Source of the DNA: an uncultured delta proteobacterium
GTDB taxonomy: Bacteria > Myxococcota_A > Polyangia > Fen-1088
Assembly: GCA_963767925.1 (NCBI GenBank)
Contig: CAVYGB010000002.1
Location: forward strand, 1,888,001-1,952,000
DNA: 64,000 bases
Direction of reading: 5' to 3'
Positions 1 to 8,554 of the stretch are shown in pieces. Below the pieces are notes generated by a model that did not search any database, had not been told where the DNA came from, and saw only the letters and a list, made by a program, of their open reading frames with translations. Within the stretch, counting starts at the first letter, position 1, and the number at the start of each line of letters is the position of its first letter. The translations under genes and the position numbers were made by a program.

Positions 1-14
1 ACTTCCCGGCCTGG

Positions 15-1031
15 ATGGCCACCAACCTCCAGACCGCGGCCAGCACCCCCGAGATCGCCGCCGACGCCCCCCGCATCGGCGACTTCGTCGTCGCCTTCAA
101 CCTGCCCGCCGCCATGATCGTGGCGCTGGTGAGCTTCGTGCTGGTGCTCGGCATCCGGGAGAGCGCCCGGGCCAACGCCATCCTCGTGGTGTTCAAGGTC
201 GCCCTGGTCCTGCTGTTCATCGCGGTGGGCGCCTTCTTCATCCAGCCGGCCAACTACGTCCCCTTCGCCCCCAACGGGTTCTCGGGCGTCTGGACCGGCG
301 CCTCGCTCGCCTTCTTCTCCTACATCGGCTTCGACGCGGTCTCCACCGCCGCCGAGGAGACCCGCGATCCCCAGAAGAACCTGCCACGCGGGATCATCGG
401 CTCGCTCATCGTCTGCACCGTCCTCTACGTGGCCACCGCGGTGGTGATGACCGGGATGGTGCCGGCCAAGGAGCTGGCCACCGGCGACCCGCTGGCCCAC
501 GCCCTGCGCAGCGCCGGCCTGGGCGGCCTGGCCACCTTCATGGCCCTGGGGGCGGTGGTGGCGGTCACCGCCGTGCTGCTGGTCTTCCAGCTCGGCCAGG
601 CCCGGATCTTCATGGCCATGGCGCGCGACGGCCTGCTGCCGCCGCTGTTCGCCCGCGTGCACCCGCGCTTTCGCACCCCGGTCATGGCCACGGTCCTGGT
701 GGGAATTTTCGTCGGCCTGGCCCCCTCGCTCCTGACCCCCTCGCAGGCCCTGGAGCTGACCAGCATCGGCACCCTGTTCGCGTTCGTCATCGTCTCGGTG
801 GGCGTCATCGCGCTGCGCATCCAGGATCCCGACCGGCCGCGCCCGTTTCGCTGCCCGGGGTACCCGGTCACGCCCATCCTGTCGATCGTGTTTTGCATCT
901 GGCTGATGGCCGGCCTGCCGCCCATGAACTGGCTGCGCTTCGGCGGCTGGTTGCTGGTGGGCGCGGTGATCTACGCCGCCTACGGCCGCCGCAAGAGCCG
1001 GCTTGCGCGGGCCGCGTCAGCGGCCGCCTGA
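15..1031 (+). CDS. APC-family amino acid permease (5' end probably outside the window)
   Basis: Polytopic protein with FFSYIGFDAVSTAAEE, PQKNLPRGIIGSL, ARDGLLP and RPFRCP motifs of cationic amino acid permeases; frame is open to the window start. Confidence 0.9.
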   Translation: MATNLQTAASTPEIAADAPRIGDFVVAFNLPAAMIVALVSFVLVLGIRESARANAILVVFKVALVLLFIAVGAFFIQPANYVPFAPNGFSGVWTGASLAFFSYIGFDAVSTAAEETRDPQKNLPRGIIGSLIVCTVLYVATAVVMTGMVPAKELATGDPLAHALRSAGLGGLATFMALGAVVAVTAVLLVFQLGQARIFMAMARDGLLPPLFARVHPRFRTPVMATVLVGIFVGLAPSLLTPSQALELTSIGTLFAFVIVSVGVIALRIQDPDRPRPFRCPGYPVTPILSIVFCIWLMAGLPPMNWLRFGGWLLVGAVIYAAYGRRKSRLARAASAAA

Positions 1032-1046
1032 GCGCGGCCCGTTTTT

Positions 1047-3989
1047 ATGGCACCATTGCCGGATCGCATGCGGTATCGCGTCGCAGGTTCCACCGCCGTG
1101 CTCGCCGGGATGGCGGGCGGTCTGGTCATCGGTTTCTGGGACGGCCTCTTCGCCGCGGTCCGGGCCGGGGTAGGGGGCCTGGGCGTGCTCGCCAGCGTCG
1201 GGCTCGTCGCCGCCGTCGACACCCTGATCGGCGGCCTGCTGGTCGGGGGCCTCGTCGCCGTCAGCAGCGCCTCGCGCTGGGGGCGCAAGGCGGCCCTCTC
1301 CCGCCTCCCCGTTGTCGCCGCCTGGGTCGCCGCCGGCCTGGCCGCCGCCGCCGCCGCCGCCCCCGCCGTGGCGGCCACCGGCTTTCGCAACAACCGCTTC
1401 CTGGCCGCCGGCATCGTGGCCGGCGTGGCCCTGGTGGCAGGGGTCCTGGGGACCCTGCTCGCCCCCGCCCTGGCCCGCCTGCTCGGCCGCGCCCCCCGCG
1501 CCGCCAACCGCCGCCGCCCCTCCTGGACCTGGAACGACGAGCTCTACCCCACGCCCGCCGGCGTGATGCTCATCGCCCCCCTCGTCGCCCTGCTGCTCGT
1601 GGGGGTCATCTTCGTGCTGGTCTGGCGCACGCGCGCCCCCCTGCCGTCCAGCGTGCGCATGACCCGCATGGTCCTCACCGGCGCCATCGCCGCCCTGCTG
1701 CCGGCGGCGCTGGCCCTGGCCGCCACCCAGGTCCGTCAGCTCAACTGGCGGGCCGCCACCGCCGCCGGCCTGGTCGTGATCGGCCTGCCGGCGGTGCTGT
1801 TCGCCCAGGCCAACTGGGAGCGGCACCTGCAGTTTCTCCCCTGGGCCGACGCCCGCACGCTGCTTTACATCGGCGTGGCCGCCCTCATCGCGCTGCTGAT
1901 GTTCCGGGTGCGCACGCCCCGCCGGCTGCCCCGCTGGAGCGCCCTGCTCCTCGGGCCGCCGCTGGCCCTGGGGCTGGCCCTGGTCGCCGGCGGCGCCGAG
2001 GCCGGGCGCAAGGCCGCCACCAGCAAGGCCGGCCTGGTCGGCCCGGTCCTGGCCCTGGTGCGCCCGGCCCTCGACTTCGACGGCGACAGCTACCCCGGCC
2101 TGCTGGGCGGCGGCGACTGCGACGACCGCAACCCGGAGGTCAACCCCGCCGCCCAGGACTTCCCCGAGGACGGCATCGACCAGGACTGCGACGGCCGCGA
2201 CCTGCGCGCGGTCGACCTGCGGCCCCCGGCGTTGCACGCCGTGCCCGCGGCGGTGCCCCGCAACCTGAACATCCTGATGATCGTCATCGACACCTTGCGG
2301 GCCGACCGGCTGGGGGCCTACGGCTACAAGCGGCCCACCTCCCCGGAGCTCGACCGGCTCGCCGCCGACGGGGTCGTGTTCGAGAACGCCTGGGCCCACG
2401 CCCCCTCGACCCGCTACTCGATGCCGGCCATGGTGACCGGGCGCTGGCCCTCGGCCATCCACTGGGACAACAGCGTCTGGTGGCCCCGGATCGGCCGCGA
2501 GCACCGCACGATCGCCGAGGTGCTGCGCGAGCGCGGGTACTTCAACGGCGCCTATTACGCCTACGAATATTTCAACCGGGTCGACGGGCGCGGCTTCGAG
2601 CGGGGCATCGACCAGTACGACGACCGCCTCAGCGCCAAACACGTCAACAAGGGCGGCCCCGCCGAGTCGTCCGGCACCTCGGCCCGGGAGATGGCCGACG
2701 ACGGCATCGACTTCATCAAGGTCTACCGGGACCAGAAGTTCTTCCTCACCCTGCACTTTTACGACCCCCACCTCGATTACCAGCGCCAGCCCGGCGTTCC
2801 CGACTTCGGCAACACCGCCGCCGACCGCTACGACAGCGAGATCTGGTTCACCGACAAGAACGTCGGGCGGGTGATCGGCGCCCTGCGGGAGCTGGGTCTC
2901 TACGACGAGACCGCCATCATCGTCACCGGCGACCACGGCGAGGGCCTCGGCGAACACGGCATCGTGGCTCACGGCTACGACCTCTATGCCCCCCAGACCA
3001 AGGTGCCGATGATCGTGCGCATCCCCGGCCTGGGCTCGCGGCGGGTCAAGGACCCGGTGGGCCACGTCGATCTGGCCCCCACCCTGGTCAACCTGGCGGG
3101 CGGCCCGCCGGAGAAGGGTTTTCTGGGCCGGTCGATGCTCGACCTGGTGGCCGGCGTCCCCGGCGCGGCCCCGCCCCCCGAATTCGTTTTCCAGGAGGTG
3201 AGCTTCCCGCCCGAGCCGCCGCGTTTCCCCCACCAGACCGAGCGGCGGGCGGTGGCCAGCGCCACCCACCACTTGATCTGGAACATGGTGCCGGAGAACG
3301 CCGTGTTCTGCTTCAACCTCGCCGCCGACCCCGGCGAGAACCGGGATCTGTGGGGCACCCAGGGCGGCGAGCCGGAGTGTGGCCGCCTCAAGCAGGCCCT
3401 CGATCGCCAGCTCTCGCTGCTCAAGCTCGGCGATTTGCCCCCCGACTTCATCGAGCGCGTCTCCGCCTCGGTGAGCGCGCCCGGGGCGGTGGCCCCCGGC
3501 CCGCCCCGCGTCCGCCTGGCCCGCTTCGGCGACGCCATCCGCTTCCAGGGCTACAACGTCAGCGTGCTGGGCATCCCCTTCCCGGGTCAGAGCCCCCCGC
3601 CGGCCGACAGCGAGGAGGGCCCGGGGGGCAGCGAGATCGTCCGCATCGCCCGGGGCGGCGAGGTCGAGCTGACCTCCTACTTCGAGGTGCTCGGGAACCT
3701 GAGCGGCTGGCGGGTGTTCTTCCACCTCGACGGCCCCGGCGCCACCTGGCGCAACCTCGACCACGTGCCGGTGGGCGGGGCCTACCCGGTCGAGCGCTGG
3801 CGGGCCGGCCAGCGCATCCGCGACCGCTTCCGCATCAAGTTCTCGGCCGACTACCCCCCCGGCCTGCACACCCTGCACATCGGGTTCTGGCGTCCCCCCT
3901 CCTCGGCCAACCGCCGCTTGCCGGTCAGCCCCGCCGACTTCCAGGACGGGCAGGATCGGTTCCGGGTTCTCTCCTTCGCCGTCCAGTGA
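1047..3989 (+). CDS. Membrane-anchored sulfatase-like hydrolase/transferase
   Basis: Multi-TM N-terminus, DCDD...DGIDQDCDG metal-binding motif, alkaline-phosphatase-superfamily motifs IVIDTLRADRLG, HFYDPH, GDHGE, HG. Confidence 0.85.
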   Translation: MAPLPDRMRYRVAGSTAVLAGMAGGLVIGFWDGLFAAVRAGVGGLGVLASVGLVAAVDTLIGGLLVGGLVAVSSASRWGRKAALSRLPVVAAWVAAGLAAAAAAAPAVAATGFRNNRFLAAGIVAGVALVAGVLGTLLAPALARLLGRAPRAANRRRPSWTWNDELYPTPAGVMLIAPLVALLLVGVIFVLVWRTRAPLPSSVRMTRMVLTGAIAALLPAALALAATQVRQLNWRAATAAGLVVIGLPAVLFAQANWERHLQFLPWADARTLLYIGVAALIALLMFRVRTPRRLPRWSALLLGPPLALGLALVAGGAEAGRKAATSKAGLVGPVLALVRPALDFDGDSYPGLLGGGDCDDRNPEVNPAAQDFPEDGIDQDCDGRDLRAVDLRPPALHAVPAAVPRNLNILMIVIDTLRADRLGAYGYKRPTSPELDRLAADGVVFENAWAHAPSTRYSMPAMVTGRWPSAIHWDNSVWWPRIGREHRTIAEVLRERGYFNGAYYAYEYFNRVDGRGFERGIDQYDDRLSAKHVNKGGPAESSGTSAREMADDGIDFIKVYRDQKFFLTLHFYDPHLDYQRQPGVPDFGNTAADRYDSEIWFTDKNVGRVIGALRELGLYDETAIIVTGDHGEGLGEHGIVAHGYDLYAPQTKVPMIVRIPGLGSRRVKDPVGHVDLAPTLVNLAGGPPEKGFLGRSMLDLVAGVPGAAPPPEFVFQEVSFPPEPPRFPHQTERRAVASATHHLIWNMVPENAVFCFNLAADPGENRDLWGTQGGEPECGRLKQALDRQLSLLKLGDLPPDFIERVSASVSAPGAVAPGPPRVRLARFGDAIRFQGYNVSVLGIPFPGQSPPPADSEEGPGGSEIVRIARGGEVELTSYFEVLGNLSGWRVFFHLDGPGATWRNLDHVPVGGAYPVERWRAGQRIRDRFRIKFSADYPPGLHTLHIGFWRPPSSANRRLPVSPADFQDGQDRFRVLSFAVQ

Positions 3990-4005
3990 CGGCGGTCGGG
4001 CGCCC

Positions 4006-4554
4006 ATGTTGTCCTCCGAGCGGCGCGAATACCGTCTGACCTTCAGCCACGTCGAGCGGGGCGTGGCCCTCACCCGCCAGCTCGTGCTGTCGCGCCACCC
4101 CTCCGAGACCCTCGAGCACCTCACCTTGCGGGTGCTGACCTTCATGTTGCTCTACCAGGAGGGGCTCGACTTCGGCCCCGGGCTGGGGGCGAGCGACGCC
4201 CCCGATCTGGTGGCCCACGATCTCACCGGCGTGGTCTCGACCTGGATCGCCTGCGGCGAGATCTCGACCCGCCTGGCGCGCAAGATCGTCCAGCACAACC
4301 GCCAGGCCCAGGTGCACGTCGTGTTCGCCGGCCGCGAGCGCCGCGACGCCTTCGTGGCCGCCGTCGCCGCCGAGCGCGGCGAGCGCCCGCGCGGCTGGGA
4401 GCGCCTCTCGATCTGGACCATCGACGAGCCGCTGGTGGCCGGCCTCGCCGCGCTGGAGGGGCTGCGCCAGAGCTGGACCGTCACCCTGGTGGGCGATCAC
4501 ATCTACGTCGAGGCCGACGGCGCGTCCCACGATGGCGCCGTGACGCGCGGCTGA
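4006..4554 (+). CDS. yaeQ: YaeQ family protein
   Basis: RHPSETLEHL..RVL, GL...DAPDL...DLTG....WI..G pattern. Confidence 0.8.
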   Translation: MLSSERREYRLTFSHVERGVALTRQLVLSRHPSETLEHLTLRVLTFMLLYQEGLDFGPGLGASDAPDLVAHDLTGVVSTWIACGEISTRLARKIVQHNRQAQVHVVFAGRERRDAFVAAVAAERGERPRGWERLSIWTIDEPLVAGLAALEGLRQSWTVTLVGDHIYVEADGASHDGAVTRG

Positions 4555-4733
4555 GCCTCGGTCGAGATTCGGCCAGAGAGGCTGGCAGGTAAATGGCCAG
4601 GTAAATGGCCACGTTCCCGCGCCGCGGTCGGCCCGCCGGGGGCAGGGGGCGTCGGCCTCGGGACCAGTCGGTAGTGCTTGGCAGCGGACCTCATTCGTGA
4701 AAGCCTGCCGGCCCTGTAACGAAGGAGGTCGGC

Positions 4734-5402
4734 ATGTTCAAGAAGATCCTCATGGGGCTCGTCCTGGTCGTGGGTGGCTTCCTCTTTTACGCGTCCCGCC
4801 GCCCCGACACCTACCGGGTCGAGCGCTCGGCCAAGATCGAGGCGCCGCCCGCCGTGGTCTTCTCCCAGCTCGAGGACCTCAAGGCCTGGGGCGCCTGGTC
4901 CCCCTGGGACAAGCTCGACCCCTCGATAAAGAAGTCCTATGCCGGCTCGCCCAAGGGCACCGGGGCCTCTTACGCCTGGGAAGGCAACAAGAAGGTCGGC
5001 AAGGGCCGCATGAACATCACCGAGGCCACCGCGCCGACCTCGATCGCCCTCCGGCTCGAGTTCCTCGAGCCCTTCGCCGCCGTGGCCAACACCTCGTTCA
5101 AGCTCGCGCCCGAGGGGGACAGGACCACCAGCGTGACCTGGACCATGGAGGGGACCAACAACCTCGTCGGCAAGGCCTGGGGCGTGTTCATGAACATGGA
5201 CAAGGCCATCGGCTCGGACTTCGAGACCGGGCTGGCCGGGCTCAAGACCGTGTCCGAGGCCGAGGCCAAGAAGCAGGCCGAGGCCGCCTCTCTGGCCGCC
5301 AAGGCCGAGGCCGAGGCCGCCGCCGCCAGCGCAGCCAAGGCGCAGGCAGAGGCCCAGGCCGCCGCCGACCCCAAGCGCAAGCGCCCCGCCGCGCGGCGCT
5401 GA
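4734..5402 (+). CDS. SRPBCC/polyketide-cyclase family protein with Ala/Lys-rich tail
   Basis: YRVERS..I.APP, WSPW...DP, Y.WEGN..VG.G, DFE.GL..LK; AGGAGG RBS. Confidence 0.85.
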   Translation: MFKKILMGLVLVVGGFLFYASRRPDTYRVERSAKIEAPPAVVFSQLEDLKAWGAWSPWDKLDPSIKKSYAGSPKGTGASYAWEGNKKVGKGRMNITEATAPTSIALRLEFLEPFAAVANTSFKLAPEGDRTTSVTWTMEGTNNLVGKAWGVFMNMDKAIGSDFETGLAGLKTVSEAEAKKQAEAASLAAKAEAEAAAASAAKAQAEAQAAADPKRKRPAARR

Positions 5403-5478
5403 GCCGCCCGGAGATCGGCCCCCTCACCCGCTTGCGACGGCGCGGCGGTAACCCCACCTCTTACCGGAGGAGGTCCCC

Positions 5479-6072
5479 ATGATCAGGTCCACGCACATCC
5501 GCTGGGCTGCCGTGCTGGCGCTCGGGCTGACCGCCTGTCGCGACCGTCCCGGCGAGGTCACCGGCGAGCCCGGCACGACCGAGGCCGCGCGCGAGATCAA
5601 GGGCGCGGCCCGGGTCGCGGCCGACAAGCTCAAGGGGGCGGCCGAGGAGGTCGCCACGGGCGCCAGGGAAGTCGCCGGCAAGGCGGGCGCCGAGCTCAAG
5701 GAGGGCGCGCGCGAGATCGGCGAGCAGGCCGAGCCGATGTTCGATCGCCTGGGCGACGGCCTCAAGCGGGCCGGCGACCGCCTGGAGCAGGCCGCCGCCG
5801 ACGAGCGAGCCGAGGCGGCGCGCGACGTGCGCGAGAAGGTCGACGACGTCGAGCGCTGGCTGGCCGACGAGGCCAAGCCGGCTGCCAAGAACGCCGGCCG
5901 CAAGCTGTGGGACGACATCCGCGCGACCGCCCGCGATCTGGGCCACAAGCTCGACCGCATGGGCAAGGAAGCCGGCCCCGCCGCCGACCGCACCGGCAAG
6001 GAGATCAAAGAGGGCCTCGACAACCTGCGCGCCAAGCTCAAACAAGCCGGCGAAGACGCCCCCAAACCCTGA
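5479..6072 (+). CDS. Lipoprotein with LEA/apolipoprotein-like helical repeats
   Basis: Lipobox LGLTAC, A/E/K-rich amphipathic sequence, GGAGG RBS. Confidence 0.7.
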   Translation: MIRSTHIRWAAVLALGLTACRDRPGEVTGEPGTTEAAREIKGAARVAADKLKGAAEEVATGAREVAGKAGAELKEGAREIGEQAEPMFDRLGDGLKRAGDRLEQAAADERAEAARDVREKVDDVERWLADEAKPAAKNAGRKLWDDIRATARDLGHKLDRMGKEAGPAADRTGKEIKEGLDNLRAKLKQAGEDAPKP

Positions 6073-6140
6073 GCACGGAACGGTTCGACCCGCGGCCAGA
6101 GGCGGATTCGCCCGAGTTTTGCCAACCCACCTGCTGCTTG

Positions 6141-6198
6141 CCCTCGCCCCGCGGTCCGCCGCGGCGAGAGGGCAAGGGTGAAGGGAAAGGGTGAGGGG
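6141..6198. repeat. REP-like extragenic palindrome
   Basis: CCCTCGCCCCGCGG-TCCG-CCGCGGCGAGAGGG...GGGTGAGGGG, same family as other copies in the window. Confidence 0.7.
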
Positions 6199-6420
6199 TC
6201 TCCGGTCGAACCGTTCGGGCGCTCGCGAGCTCTTTTACCCGCACCGCGCCCGGGACGACCGTCCCGGCGGGTCCGCGCCGTGCGATAAAGCGTTTTCTGG
6301 GCGGTCGCCTTCCACTCCCGTCACCCCAGTCTCGGGATTCCCTGCATGGTCTGGGCGGACCGATCGACTGCGATCAGATAGATCTACAGCTTCCACGCGC
6401 GTCCCGCGCGAAGGTGACCC

Positions 6421-7374
6421 ATGTTGCTGCGTCGCTTCTTTTGTGTCCTCGTGTTGTCGCTGGGCTGCGCCCCTCAGTCCGCGGATAGGGCGACGCTGAC
6501 CGATGCGCTGGATCCACCCGGTCCAACCGACGCGCGGACCAGCACCGCCGGCGTGGGTGGCCTCGCGGGCATGGGCGGCGCCGGTGGCGTCGGTGGTGGA
6601 CCGCCGGTGGACGCGCGCGAGGCGCCCCCGCCCCCGGACGTGCCGCCCGACCGGCCGCTGGATCGCGCGCCCGACACAACCCCGCCGCAGCCACCGCCGC
6701 CTCCCGACGCCGCGCCGACAGACGACGCTGCCGGCGGAGATGCGCCGGGCGAGGGCCTCTCCGCCAGCACCGTGCTGATGGTGGTGGGTGACCCGGCCAT
6801 GCTCTCGCCGAGCGACACCCGCCTGCGCGCGTTGCTGGAAGAGCGGGGCACGCCCGTCCGGATCGTCGACGACACCGCCGCGCCCGACGTCAGCGACGTG
6901 GCGATCGTCGTGCTGGCGGGGAGCTGCGCCTCGGTTACCCTGGCGATGAAATACCGGACGGTGCCCGTCCCCGTGCTCAACCTGGAGCCCGCCGTCCAGG
7001 ACGACCTCGGCCTGACCGCCGCCACCGACGCCGATTTCGGCGAGCAGGACATGAGCTCCGGGCTGACCGTGGCGATGGCCATGCACCCGATGGCGGCGGG
7101 GCTGACCGGCGACCCGGGCGTCGTCAGCACGGCCTCCAGCTTCGGCTGGGGCCGGCCCGCGGCGGCCGCCCAGCGGATCGCCATCATCCAGGGGATGGCC
7201 AACCGGGTGGCGATCTACGCTTACCCCAAGGGCGCCATGATGGTCGGCCTTGTCGCGCCCGCGCGCCGGGTGGGCTTCTTCGCCGCCGACGGCTCGGCCC
7301 GTTACCTGGGGGCCAACGGCGTCCGCCTGTTCAACGCCGCCCTCGACTGGGCCCTCACGCCCGAGCTGCCCTGA
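6421..7374 (+). CDS. Hypothetical lipoprotein (Gly/Pro/Asp linker plus globular C-terminal domain)
   Basis: Lipobox LSLGC, low-complexity linker, high GC3. Confidence 0.7.
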   Translation: MLLRRFFCVLVLSLGCAPQSADRATLTDALDPPGPTDARTSTAGVGGLAGMGGAGGVGGGPPVDAREAPPPPDVPPDRPLDRAPDTTPPQPPPPPDAAPTDDAAGGDAPGEGLSASTVLMVVGDPAMLSPSDTRLRALLEERGTPVRIVDDTAAPDVSDVAIVVLAGSCASVTLAMKYRTVPVPVLNLEPAVQDDLGLTAATDADFGEQDMSSGLTVAMAMHPMAAGLTGDPGVVSTASSFGWGRPAAAAQRIAIIQGMANRVAIYAYPKGAMMVGLVAPARRVGFFAADGSARYLGANGVRLFNAALDWALTPELP

Positions 7375-7377
7375 TCG

Positions 7378-8196
7378 CTACTTGAGGAACCCGCTGCGGC
7401 CCGACTCTGTCGCGCCGAGGGTGTCGTTGAAGGGGTCGTCGAGGGCACACAACGTCCGCTGCGCCGGCGTGAGCCGGGCTTGCACCCAGGGGCGCAGCAG
7501 CCGCTTTTGATATTGCTGCTGCGGCTTGTCCCAGCGGCAGAAGTAGACGTGCAGGGCCCGGCGGGGGCGGGCGGTGTGGTTGGCGAGGCCGCCGTGCCAC
7601 AGGTGCGCGTTCATCACCAGCACGTCGCCGACCCGCCCGGTGACGAGCACCTCGTCGGGGTGGCGGGCCAGCGGATCGGCGAGCGCGTCGGCCGGCAGCT
7701 TGCCCGCGCGGTGGGTCCCGGGGACCACCCGCAGGGCCCCGTTGTCGGACTGGAAGTCGTCGAGCATCCAGAGCAGGTTGCACACCCAGGCGCCCTGGGC
7801 GTCGGGCAGCGACCCGCCGTCGGCGTGCAGCGGCTGATCGAGCCCGTTGCCCGGGTTGGGCGAGCGGGCGTTCAGGCTGGAGAGCTTGAAGCGCGGGCCG
7901 AGCACCGCGGCCACGTAGGCCAGCAGCTCGGGCTGGGCCAGGCACTCGGCAAAGACCGGATCCTTGTCGACGAGGTTGGCCAGCCGCCGGGCGCCGGGCT
8001 CCTGCTTGAACTCCCGGCCGGCGGTCTCTCCCTCCGCCGCGAACAGCTCCTCCAGCCGGGCGAGGACGCGCCTGGCCAGGCTGGGCGAGACGGCCCCCTC
8101 CAGCTTCAGGTATCCGAGCTGGTCCAGCGCCTGCTGGTGCTCCGCGGGGATGGCCAAGGCCCCCCGACCATACCGCGCGATCCGCGCTCCGGTCAT
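7378..8196 (-). CDS. Phytanoyl-CoA dioxygenase (PhyH) family Fe(II)/2OG oxygenase
   Basis: QPLHAD (HxD), NGALRVVPGTH, GDVLVMNAHLWHGG..N....R. Confidence 0.88.
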   Translation of the reverse strand: MTGARIARYGRGALAIPAEHQQALDQLGYLKLEGAVSPSLARRVLARLEELFAAEGETAGREFKQEPGARRLANLVDKDPVFAECLAQPELLAYVAAVLGPRFKLSSLNARSPNPGNGLDQPLHADGGSLPDAQGAWVCNLLWMLDDFQSDNGALRVVPGTHRAGKLPADALADPLARHPDEVLVTGRVGDVLVMNAHLWHGGLANHTARPRRALHVYFCRWDKPQQQYQKRLLRPWVQARLTPAQRTLCALDDPFNDTLGATESGRSGFLK

Positions 8197-8252
8197 CCAA
8201 CTCCGATCCGGCAGCCCATGGACAGGGCCCCCGCCGCTCGTGCGACTGGTAC

Positions 8253-8371
8253 GGCGTGCTGCTGGGCGCCGGCGGCGTGACAGACACCGGGCCGGCCACC
8301 TCTCGTGAAAGAGGGTAACTGTCTGAGGCTGTCCCTGTCACCTCGAGGTAACGGGCGCCCGCTGCGTCGCA
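8253..8371 (+). ncRNA. Candidate rod-shaped structured RNA, possibly 6S-like (strand inferred)
   Basis: Nested stems GGGCGCC 8264-8270/8354-8360, GTGACAG 8277-8283/8335-8341, CCTCT 8299-8303/8310-8314 in an intergenic region. Confidence 0.4.
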
Positions 8372-8472
8372 AGATGCGTCCGCCCAGCGAATCGCTCAAT
8401 CCTCGCGACCCGATTCGGCTTTCGCACCGTGCAATGCGATGGCGGTCACCGGTTCGCGCCGGTTCTGCCCCG

Positions 8473-8487
8473 TGGCACGACTCTTGT
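8473..8487 (+). promoter_or_regulatory. Possible sigma-54 promoter upstream of the kinase gene
   Basis: TGGCAC-GACTC-TTGT: -24 box exact, -12 box GT instead of GC. Confidence 0.45.
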
Positions 8488-8554
8488 TTGGCTTACAGGT
8501 CGGTGTCCCTATAGGCTCTAAGGCCTTTTGCTAATTAGACGACGAAAGGAAACT

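Noticed and set aside
893..4145. ORFs over 1000 aa at 893-4039 (+) and 1017-4145 (-), and similar long overlapping ORFs such as 36247-39120 and 42271-44568
   Set aside because: Shadow frames of real high-GC genes; Arg/Pro/Gly-rich or antisense, with no family motifs
4586..4609. 12-bp tandem duplication CAGGTAAATGGC
   Set aside because: Only two copies; cannot distinguish an operator from slippage
8236..8260. ZTP (pfl) riboswitch suggested by CGTGCGACTGG
   Set aside because: The following GTGG...CCAC stem and 3' pseudoknot segment are missing and no purine/folate gene follows
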